From positions 1-16,019 of the forward strand of contig JBDHHQ010000117.1 of the NCBI GenBank assembly GCA_039589315.1: DNA of 16,019 nucleotides. The letters run 5' to 3'. Both the position numbers and the translations under genes were made by a program. Positions 1 to 7,412 of the stretch are shown piece after piece (the stretch's first letter is position 1; every line of letters begins with the position of its first letter). This DNA comes from Gemmatimonadota bacterium (lineage in GTDB: Bacteria; Gemmatimonadota; Gemmatimonadetes; Longimicrobiales; Gaopeijiaceae). Below the pieces are notes generated by a model, which was given only the letters and a program-made list of their open reading frames with translations, had not been told where the DNA came from and searched no databases.

Positions 1-69
1 GCCTCTCTCGCTCTCGGCCGCTGATGGGGGCTTGGGAGACCGTGCACAATCGGGTCACCGCGAATGTGC

Positions 70-81
70 TGAATCGATTCA
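70..81. promoter_or_regulatory. Perfect 12-bp palindrome TGAATCGATTCA, possible LacI-family operator
   Basis: Palindrome seen directly in an intergenic stretch; central AATCGATT resembles LacI-family operators. The target gene would lie left of the window. Confidence 0.4.
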
Positions 82-224
82 AGCAGGTTTGCGAGTGGCG
101 GTTCGAGCGGATGCAGGAGGGGTGAGTCGACGGGGTTTCTCCCACGCCGACCTCGAGTAGAACAGGCGGCTTCCGGCCTACCGCCCGCCTTGCCCCGGTG
201 GTTCGGGGTCTCAGGCCGGGGGGC

Positions 225-1184
225 TCAACCGCTCAGGCACTGCGTCTCCTCGCCACGCACCCAGGCGGCCAACATCCGCCACTCCGGGTCGTCCTGGCTG
301 AGCCAACGGCGACCCCCGCTGTGGAAGTGATCCCCTCCAGCCTCGGGGGCCAGCGGGTGCGTCAGAAGGCGGCTCCTGAGCGGATACTCCGGCTCGACGT
401 ATCGCCGGATCACCTCGAAGTTCTGCAGCGACTCTTCGAGGTTCCAGAACACCCGTCCCTCGGGGATCTCCCGGGCGAAGTTGCGCGGGCCGGACCCGTG
501 GCAGTGGACGCACTCCATGCGCCCTTCCCGCTTGTTGAGGAAGATCTGCTGCACGCAGGTGCGGAAGAACTGGAAGTCCAGCGGCGGCGGTGCAGTCTCG
601 GCCGCCTCCAAGTCCCCCGGAGACTCGGCGGTGCGCACCCAGTCGGCCATCGTCTGCCACTCGGGATCGGCCTGAGAGTCGAAGAACTTGCCGCCCACGT
701 GGAAGGGGGCCCCGCCCGCCTCGACCGCCAGCGCCTTGCGCAGCAACCGGCTCCGTTCGGGCCGCCCTGGTACGACCAGGCGTGACACGACCTCGAAGTT
801 CCGCCGGGAGTCCTCCTCCGACCAATACACCCCCCCGTCATCACTTTCCTGAAGTGGCTGCAGCTTGAGCGGCGTCCCGTTGTGCACGTGGCAGGTGACG
901 CACGGCGACATACCCGGCCCATGTCCTCCCCGGGGCGCCAGGAAGACCGGCTCGACGTCGGCGCGATACCGCGCGAAGTCCAGTGCCTGCTGCGCCCATG
1001 TGGATACGGGTGCAGCCAGGAGAACAACGGCTGCGATCGCCGTCGAGCCGCCGACGCGGAGGAGGAGGTGGACTGCCCGGGTCGACGAGGAGTTGGTGGC
1101 GTGGGCATTGCTCGGCGCCCCACCAGGGACGGGTAGAGACGCGGCCACGGCCTTCCCGGGGCCCACGCTGCACCGCGCCCTCAT
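225..1184 (-). CDS. Exported diheme c-type cytochrome with two tandem homologous domains (planctomycete cytochrome c-like)
   Basis: Two CxxCH motifs (CVTCH 888-902, CVHCH 498-512), each followed by SRLL..(P/A)LA.EAGG..FHxGG...DPEW..(M/L)A.WVR; hydrophobic signal-like segment ending TWA-QQ. Start placed at ATG 1184, which overlaps the upstream stop (ATGA), not at 1427; a later start is possible. Confidence 0.8.
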   Translation of the reverse strand: MRARCSVGPGKAVAASLPVPGGAPSNAHATNSSSTRAVHLLLRVGGSTAIAAVVLLAAPVSTWAQQALDFARYRADVEPVFLAPRGGHGPGMSPCVTCHVHNGTPLKLQPLQESDDGGVYWSEEDSRRNFEVVSRLVVPGRPERSRLLRKALAVEAGGAPFHVGGKFFDSQADPEWQTMADWVRTAESPGDLEAAETAPPPLDFQFFRTCVQQIFLNKREGRMECVHCHGSGPRNFAREIPEGRVFWNLEESLQNFEVIRRYVEPEYPLRSRLLTHPLAPEAGGDHFHSGGRRWLSQDDPEWRMLAAWVRGEETQCLSG

Positions 1185-2206
1185 CGGAGCACCGCCGTGT
1201 GGTTTCGCTTCGGCACCTGCCCGACCCGGATCCGGGCAATTTCCACCATTTGCTGCGTGTCGATGACGGACACGTCGTTCGAGCCGGCGTTTGCCGCGTA
1301 GAGGTATCTCGAGTCCGGTGTCATCGTGAGCCAGTCCGGATGATGTCCAACACCCACGCCATCCAGGAATTCGAGGTCGGGGAGGGACCACGCATACACG
1401 TGGTTGTTCGGCTTGCTCGTGGACCACAGCATCGTCCCGTCGGGCGAGACGGCGAGGCCGTGACCCGGTGAGCCCTGGAGCGCATCGTTGTCTACGCGGC
1501 TGAACGGCAGCTCGGGCATCGAGACCTTGCCGACGACCAGGCGCTTCTCGAAGTCCACCACGTAGACGCCGTGGAAGTTCGAGATCTGGACGAAGATCCT
1601 CTTGGTTGAGCCGTCCGGGTTCTGATCGAATGCCATGGGGCGCACGCCGCCGTCGAAGTGCAGGGACCAGAGGGGCTCGTCCGTCTCGGTATCGATCACG
1701 GTCAGGGTCCTGGCCGCGATCATGCCCGCCACCACGTGCTTGCCGTCCGGGGTGGTGAACACGTTGTGAACCCCGCCGAGCGTCCGGATGCTCTTCACCA
1801 CCTCTCCGGCCTCCAGGTCGATCACGTCGACATGGGCGGGTCCCCGGATGGCGACGTAGACCTTCTCGCCGTCAGGGGTGATGGCAATGTTGTTCGGCCG
1901 GCCCGAGAGCGGGATTTGCTGCACCACCCGGAGTGTCTTCGTGGGGACGACGTCCAGCGTGTGCTCCACCTCGTTGCTGAAGTAGAGAGCACTGCCATCG
2001 GGCTGCGACGTCACGCCATGGGCGATCGGGAGGCCCATGATCACGTCCACGATCTCGTTGGTGGTCGGGTCGATGATGTGGGCGTTGTCGCCTGCGGCGT
2101 TCGTCTGGATGATGCGGACCGCGCCGGTCTGGGCGCCCAACGGAGCCGCGATCGAGACGATCAGAAGCGAGAGGGCGGGGAGCTGCGTGAGGCGGGCGCT
2201 CGTCAT
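1181..2206 (-). CDS. Secreted YVTN/YncE-family beta-propeller protein
   Basis: Signal peptide (..APLGA-Q), repeated blades (TPDGEKVYV, TPDGKHVV, SPDGTMLW, TPDSRYLYAANAGSNDVSVID), GGAGG RBS upstream of ATG. Confidence 0.88.
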   Translation of the reverse strand: MTSARLTQLPALSLLIVSIAAPLGAQTGAVRIIQTNAAGDNAHIIDPTTNEIVDVIMGLPIAHGVTSQPDGSALYFSNEVEHTLDVVPTKTLRVVQQIPLSGRPNNIAITPDGEKVYVAIRGPAHVDVIDLEAGEVVKSIRTLGGVHNVFTTPDGKHVVAGMIAARTLTVIDTETDEPLWSLHFDGGVRPMAFDQNPDGSTKRIFVQISNFHGVYVVDFEKRLVVGKVSMPELPFSRVDNDALQGSPGHGLAVSPDGTMLWSTSKPNNHVYAWSLPDLEFLDGVGVGHHPDWLTMTPDSRYLYAANAGSNDVSVIDTQQMVEIARIRVGQVPKRNHTAVLR

Positions 2207-2412
2207 CTGAACCTCCGCGGTAGGCGTAGGGAGGAAGGGGTAGCCTCTTTGTACACGAATCGCCAGGCCGAACCTGCCGCCCGCTGGTCAGGAAGGTCAA
2301 CTCGATCGCACCCGGGCCAGCGACTCCAGAGGGCCCCGAGGAAGTCCCAACCGCCGCCTGAGCGGTGGCGAGTACCGAGAAGAGCGGGTTCCTCTGGGGC
2401 GGTACAAACGCG

Positions 2413-2448
2413 GCCGGGCGACGAGTCTCGAGAGGCTCACCGCCCGGC
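2413..2448 (-). terminator. GC-rich hairpin downstream of the ScyD/E-like gene, possible terminator
   Basis: GCCGGGCG (2413-2420) pairs with CGCCCGGC (2441-2448), inner GAGTCTC/GAGGCTC; only a weak T-tract follows on the minus strand. Confidence 0.35.
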
Positions 2449-2484
2449 AGTCCGTCTCAGGGCCCGAGCTGAGGCCCCGCCCGA

Positions 2485-3570
2485 TCAGGGCAACGGGTTT
2501 ATGTCAGCGGCTCCTCCGAGGGAGGCGTTCTCCGCGATCCATGGGACTCCCTCGAGGTCGAAGGTCAGGGCCAGGGGCAGGCTGAGGCCGGCCGCGACGA
2601 CGGCGCAGGTCCCGGCAGCGACATCGCAGGCCTTGACCGTCCCGCCGGCCACCGCGCCGCCGGCAATCTCGATCGCGAGCCACCCGAGAGCGTCGAGCTC
2701 GAGCACATAGAGCATTCCGTCGGGTCCGAACGCCATGTCGACGATCGATGTCAGGCCACCGAGAGCCTGCGTGCAGCTCGCGCTGGGACATACCACGTGC
2801 CGACTACCGGCGGGGACGCGCCACACCCGCGAGATTCCCGGCGTTCCGGGGAAGCCGGTCAACTCGCCGACGTAGATGTGACCGTCGGGCCCCACGGCCA
2901 CGGACGTGGACACGGGCTGCGCCGGGATCGCATCGGGAAGAAAGCAGATGTCTGCGGGGCCCGATGGGCAGCCCACAAAGTCTTTGAGGGGCTGGGTCGT
3001 GGCCAACTGGGGCGTCAGGACCGCCACCCAGTCCACCGCTCCGTGGGTGTCGACGTGCAGTACGGCGTTGGCCGCAGCGTCCGCTACCAGGGCAGCGCCT
3101 CCACCCAGCCCGACCATGTTGTACGGGTTGGAGTCCGGTTCGCCGGTATTCCAGATCTGGTCGGGGTTCACGGTCTCCTCGAACTCGCCGAGGTCTGCGA
3201 CTTCCCGGATCTGGCCCCCGGACATCCGGAACATCCGACGAGCCACGTGATCCGGTCCGAACCCGCCACCCGTGATGGCCAGGTGGTTGCCTCGGCCGTT
3301 GGGCGCGAGCCCGGTGACGCCGGTCAACTCGGCCAGGAGGTCCGCCCCACCCTTTCGCAGCTCCACGACTCCAACGAAGGTCTCGGCGGCGAGCAAGCTT
3401 CCGTCGGGGTTCGTTGCCAGATCGAACACCGAGGAGCCCAGGACGGTCGGCGCGTTGGAAAGGCTTGCCGACATCTCGGGTGGAGAGAGGAGCTCCGGAG
3501 TATCGCCGCAGGCCGAAGCGGCCAGGAGGGTCACGACGAGCGGAGTCAGCCAGCGATGAGCAGTATTCAT
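2485..3570 (-). CDS. ScyD/ScyE-family beta-propeller lipoprotein
   Basis: Lipobox-like LAASAC; family-typical motifs DSNPY, VADAAAN, QPVSTSVAVGPDGHIYVGELTGFP, FGPDGMLYVLE; GGAGG RBS. Confidence 0.8.
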   Translation of the reverse strand: MNTAHRWLTPLVVTLLAASACGDTPELLSPPEMSASLSNAPTVLGSSVFDLATNPDGSLLAAETFVGVVELRKGGADLLAELTGVTGLAPNGRGNHLAITGGGFGPDHVARRMFRMSGGQIREVADLGEFEETVNPDQIWNTGEPDSNPYNMVGLGGGAALVADAAANAVLHVDTHGAVDWVAVLTPQLATTQPLKDFVGCPSGPADICFLPDAIPAQPVSTSVAVGPDGHIYVGELTGFPGTPGISRVWRVPAGSRHVVCPSASCTQALGGLTSIVDMAFGPDGMLYVLELDALGWLAIEIAGGAVAGGTVKACDVAAGTCAVVAAGLSLPLALTFDLEGVPWIAENASLGGAADINPLP

Positions 3571-3783
3571 AGAGCCTCCGAGCGAAGAAGGTGGGGAGCC
3601 CCGCAGGCGACGTCCTCACCTTCACGGCTGCGGACCGAGTGGGGGGAACCAGGGCGAGCCGCTTCTCCAGAATACCGTCGGAGCGGCCCGCAACGCCAGA
3701 TCCATTGAGATGAGCTCCACCTGGGTCGCGACCGCGTGCGGGCCGGCGAGGCCAGCCGCGGCAGCCAGCCACGGGAGCGCCCA

Positions 3784-5319
3784 TTACGCGGCTTCCACAG
3801 ACCATTGGACCCGCTCGGCGAGGAAGCGCGCGAAGGGCTCAATGTCGCTTCCCACGCTTGCGACCTCCAACGCAGAGAGGTAGGCGTCACGGTCCTCGAT
3901 ACGAATCACCGTCCAGGGATAGCCTCCTGAGGCCAGCATCGCGTTCATCAGGAATCGGGCGATGCGGCCGTTCCCATCAGGGTAGGGATGGATGTAGCCG
4001 ACCATCCAGTGCCCGATTACTGCACGGACCGACGGCTCCTGCTCCTCTTCGAGCAGGTTGAAGAGAACGGGCATGGCGTCCAGTAGGGACTCCGCGCGCG
4101 GCGGCACGTGCCGGGACCCACGGAGGTAGACCGGATCGCTGCGATACCCGGCAAGGGCCGCGGCCGGGATCACCCCTGCACCCACGAACGGCTGAAACAG
4201 CTCCCGGTACCACTCCCGGTGGCTCGTACGCACGAGCGCTCCAGGGTTCGCTCCCGTGAGGATTCGGCGGACGTCGGTCTTGACGACCTGGAAAGCCTGC
4301 CAGTATCCGCGAGCCGCAAGAGCGTCACGGTCCTCCCGATCTTCTGGGCGCGATTCGGGATCCCAATTACCCGCTCGCACTCGCTCGATCAACTCGGGAG
4401 TGACCGAATACCCCTCGATGGAAAGGGAGTGGTAGGCATCGCTTCGATAGATATCTTCGACGAACGCCAGGTATGCGCGTTCGTCTTCGGGGAGTCCGGG
4501 CGCCGCTGGGAATTCCTGGATGACGGTGTTACGCATAGCTTGCCATAGGCCGCGTACCCGTCCGGCGAGTGGGGCCACTCGTGGGTGGACTTCCCCGAAT
4601 GACTGTTCAGGCAAGAAGGGATCGGATTCCCGGATGTCGTAGTCGGCGGCCTTCATCGCTGCGAGGATCTCGTCGGCGACGTCGGCCCGGCCGATCCGTC
4701 GAAGGGCGCCGGCGAGTCGGCCGGCGACAGCGGAGCGACCGCCCTCGAGGAGAGGACGCAGCAGCTCGGAGGCATCCTTGATGCTCACCAACACGAGCTG
4801 AGCCTCCACCGGGTAGCGCGCGAAGAACCCATCGGGCACCTTCATGAGCGCTGCGGCCGGTGAGTACAGGCGCAGTCCGCGTAGCTCCGTAAGATCGGCC
4901 CTCGCCGGCATGGCTGGCTGCTTCAGGTCGTAGAGACTGGTGCCGAACAACAACTCGATCGTGTTGTTCGTGCCGTATGGGCTGTATATGACCACCTGAT
5001 CGGGGATCGTCGTATCTTCCGCGTGGATGAGGATCGACAGTTCAGGTGACAGATGCCACTCCTTCCCGAATCGACTCTCGCAGTACCTGGCGCAGAATTC
5101 CCAGAGGGAGGCGTACCAAGGAGTCGTGTCGCCCGGACCGGTCTCGGGACCCGAGGAGATCAGCCAGCCCTTGATGACTTGCTGAAGAAGGCTGTGCTTG
5201 AGAAGGCGCTCGCGGTGGACACGCGTGAAGTCACTGGATCTGAAGACCCGTCGGCCGCCTCTTTGGAGGCCTTGGAGCACCTCGAGGGACGAGGCGAGCT
5301 TCTCGCTTGGAGTAGCCAT
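3784..5319 (-). CDS. Fic-family protein (class II, intramolecular inhibitory helix) with long AbiEi-like N-terminal region
   Basis: Fic motif HPYPDGNGRIAR (3955-3990); inhibitory (S/T)xxxE(G/N) motif SLSIEG (4411-4428) N-terminal to the core; 511 aa. Confidence 0.9.
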   Translation of the reverse strand: MATPSEKLASSLEVLQGLQRGGRRVFRSSDFTRVHRERLLKHSLLQQVIKGWLISSGPETGPGDTTPWYASLWEFCARYCESRFGKEWHLSPELSILIHAEDTTIPDQVVIYSPYGTNNTIELLFGTSLYDLKQPAMPARADLTELRGLRLYSPAAALMKVPDGFFARYPVEAQLVLVSIKDASELLRPLLEGGRSAVAGRLAGALRRIGRADVADEILAAMKAADYDIRESDPFLPEQSFGEVHPRVAPLAGRVRGLWQAMRNTVIQEFPAAPGLPEDERAYLAFVEDIYRSDAYHSLSIEGYSVTPELIERVRAGNWDPESRPEDREDRDALAARGYWQAFQVVKTDVRRILTGANPGALVRTSHREWYRELFQPFVGAGVIPAAALAGYRSDPVYLRGSRHVPPRAESLLDAMPVLFNLLEEEQEPSVRAVIGHWMVGYIHPYPDGNGRIARFLMNAMLASGGYPWTVIRIEDRDAYLSALEVASVGSDIEPFARFLAERVQWSVEAA

Positions 5320-5404
5320 GGCTTTTCGTTATGGGCTGGCCGCCCGCGGGTCGGCCTGGGGTCGAGTGGGTATCGAAGCTGACGATGACGCGAGCGAGTG
5401 ATCC

Positions 5405-5500
5405 CAAGTATGAGATGTCGTGTGGATACAAGTATTAAGTGTTGTGATGAAACAAGTATAAATCGCCGTGTCGATGCAAGTCAATGATGTCGGAGACCAC
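5405..5500. repeat. Four imperfect direct repeats with exact 24-bp period (core CAAGTAT), putative operator array
   Basis: CAAGTAT at 5405, 5429, 5453 and CAAGTCA at 5477; units also share a YGYYG(T/G)G segment at the same offset; AT-rich relative to the flanks. Confidence 0.8.
5455..5484 (-). promoter_or_regulatory. Sigma70-type promoter for the Fic gene
   Basis: Minus strand TTGACT (5484-5479) - 18 nt - TATACT (5460-5455); both hexamers match consensus at 5/6 and face the Fic start at 5319. Confidence 0.65.
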
Positions 5501-5720
5501 ATTCCTATTGAGCTTTCCCGCCGTCGGGTTGCCCATGCGGTCTCCGCAAATGAATAGACAGATTCGATCCATTCTCTCATTTCGCGAATCCAGCAAGGGT
5601 GCCGCAAAGCCGGTTAGACGGCGCCATGATCTCAGCATCGTCTCGAGATGGCCCACTTCATCCATGAAGACGCATGTCGGAGGGCGTGACGTGCACTCAG
5701 GGGACTTTGCTGACACCGGT

Positions 5721-5740
5721 TTGTCACCCACCTTGTCACC
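5721..5740. repeat. Direct repeat TTGTCACC x2 (12-bp period), resembling integrase arm-type sites
   Basis: TTGTCACC at 5721-5728 and 5733-5740; related CTGTCA at 5751 and inverted TGACA at 5711; about 60 bp upstream of the tRNA. Confidence 0.45.
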
Positions 5741-5798
5741 GAGGAACACACTGTCAAGGGAAGGTGAGCTCACTAATCAGCGGTAGGACAGACACTTC

Positions 5799-5883
5799 GC
5801 CGGGGTGGTGAAATCGGTAAACACAGGGGACTTAAAATCCCCCGGGCGTAACGCCCTTGCGGGTTCGAGTCCCGCCCCCGGCA
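5799..5883 (+). tRNA. tRNA-Leu, anticodon TAA
   Basis: Acceptor stem GCCGGGG/CCCCGGC + discriminator A; D-loop with GG; anticodon stem GGGGA/TCCCC with loop CTTAAAA (TAA at 5833-5835); long variable arm GGGCG-TAA-CGCCC; T arm GCGGG-TTCGAGT-CCCGC. CCA not encoded. Confidence 0.97.
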
Positions 5884-5937
5884 TAGACGCAGTGGACAGA
5901 TCGTGAGACGGCACCCTGCCCGGGGGGGACGGCCTGC

Positions 5938-7344
5938 CTAGACGGCCGCGTCCCTTCGCTGCTCGATGACGCCGAGGGCGGCCGCGACGTTCCTTTCCCG
6001 GATGCCCAGCTTCTCATAGATGCGTAGCTGCCGCTCCACGGAACCGAGAGCCTGGTCACCAGCCCGAGCCAGCGCGTTCCGATAGTACTTGGCGACGACG
6101 CCGGGCTTGCTGGACGTTAGTGACTTCAGGTCGGCCTGGCTGATGAGGAGCCACGGGTCCTCTTTGCCTTGGCGCTCGTTTCTCGCCAGTGCGGCCTCGA
6201 TGGACGCCTCCACCATCGCCTCGAGCTTCGCCCGACGCCGCTCTTCCTTTGCAAGGAGCTGGGCGCCGTCCTCGTCCTCGTCGAGCTCCGCCTCCCAGAT
6301 GTCCGGGTTGGCCTGGGCCAGCTCCACTCGAACGGTCACGAGGCCCAACGCGTTCAGCCCGGAGTAGTAGTGGTTGAGATCCTGCTGGAACCCGTTTTCG
6401 TATGCGTCGATCGATCTCAGCAGGAAGGGTGAGGTCAGAGCGGCCTCACGTCGTGATTCGGCGTCCGCGGCGCTCTGCCAGTCTGCCAGCCAGCGGGTCT
6501 TCGCGTTGCTGGCCTCCAGCGATCGTAGCTCCGCGATCTCGTCTTGTGTCGCGTCCTGTCGCTCGTGAATGCGCAGCAGCGCTTGGTCCGACCTGGTGAG
6601 GTCGTTCATCTTCGCGTAGATGGTCCCGAGCCGGCTGTTGGCCTCGAAGTCCGTGGGCTCCAGCTTGCGGACGGCTTCCCATGCGTCGGCGGCCTGCAGC
6701 CAAACCTGCAGCCCGAACAGCGCCTCAGCCGTGAGACGCAGACCTTTGGCCTCCCACTTGGGCTTCTCGTCACGCACGCGGTGCGCCATGCCGGCCAACT
6801 CGTCGGTGTCTCGTTCCCGCTCCGCCGCCCAGACCGCCTCCCGGAAGCTCCGCGGCACTGCCATGAGACGCACGGGGTCCTGGGATTCGAGACCGGGGAG
6901 CATCTTGAAGACGGGGCTGTCGGGGCCCTCGTTCTCCATGGTCGCCTCGAGCACCTTGACGAGCTCGTCGACGTGATTCTCGGGCGCGTTGACGTCGTAC
7001 CAGCAATAGCGATCGGTCAGCAGGTCGAAAGGCACGTCATCGGCTCCGTTGTTGATCAGCACCGTGCGCTTTTCCCGAACGGCGTGGCGGATGCCCAGCT
7101 CGTAGAAGACGTTCGCGTTGTGGATGGAGATGTCGGCGATCACGACGTCAGCCGTGCAGATGAGCTCGAACATGTCCTCCCTGATGTTGCCCGCCTCGAT
7201 GATCTCGACCGTGGTGCCGCCGCCCAGGCCCGCAGCGTCGATGGCGGGCCCGATGAGCTTGGCGTGGATGTCCTCGAAGTCGACCTCGTTACCCTTGGAG
7301 TCCTTCTTCTTGTTGAACGGCCGGATCGTGAATGCGCGGGCCAT
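5938..7344 (-). CDS. Nucleoside 2-deoxyribosyltransferase-like (DRHyd-type) domain fused to TPR-S/DUF4071 helical repeats
   Basis: N-terminal AF.I.PF...VDFE.I...I.PA, ADVVIADISIHNANVFYELGIRHA and PFD motifs; C-terminal YYSGLNA, DPW and S..RQL motifs typical of DUF4071/TPR-S; GGGAGA RBS. Confidence 0.8.
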   Translation of the reverse strand: MARAFTIRPFNKKKDSKGNEVDFEDIHAKLIGPAIDAAGLGGGTTVEIIEAGNIREDMFELICTADVVIADISIHNANVFYELGIRHAVREKRTVLINNGADDVPFDLLTDRYCWYDVNAPENHVDELVKVLEATMENEGPDSPVFKMLPGLESQDPVRLMAVPRSFREAVWAAERERDTDELAGMAHRVRDEKPKWEAKGLRLTAEALFGLQVWLQAADAWEAVRKLEPTDFEANSRLGTIYAKMNDLTRSDQALLRIHERQDATQDEIAELRSLEASNAKTRWLADWQSAADAESRREAALTSPFLLRSIDAYENGFQQDLNHYYSGLNALGLVTVRVELAQANPDIWEAELDEDEDGAQLLAKEERRRAKLEAMVEASIEAALARNERQGKEDPWLLISQADLKSLTSSKPGVVAKYYRNALARAGDQALGSVERQLRIYEKLGIRERNVAAALGVIEQRRDAAV

Positions 7345-7412
7345 GTGATCTCCCTAATTAAGTTGCTGGCTCCGCTGCCAGGCGAAGTGAGCGGGCCCGG
7401 AGCGATGACTCC

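Noticed and set aside
1185..1427. Extended ORF-track starts (1427, 8768, 10150, 15567)
   Set aside because: They overlap upstream genes or add low-complexity sequence; downstream starts have an RBS or stop/start coupling.
5405..5500. 24-bp periodic repeats as a CRISPR mini-array
   Set aside because: Conserved core is only ~7 bp, the period is far too short for repeat plus spacer, and there are no cas genes in the window.
5329..5786. Small ORFs between the Fic gene and the tRNA (5329-5607, 5435-5773, 5484-5786)
   Set aside because: No clear RBS or intact family motif; they overlap the promoter/repeat array and are treated as non-coding or remnant.
5799..5883. bldA-like regulation through rare TTA codons
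   Set aside because: TTA codons were noticed in coxE (NPLLRY) and early in the M19 gene (RALH), but two instances without genome-wide codon counts support nothing.
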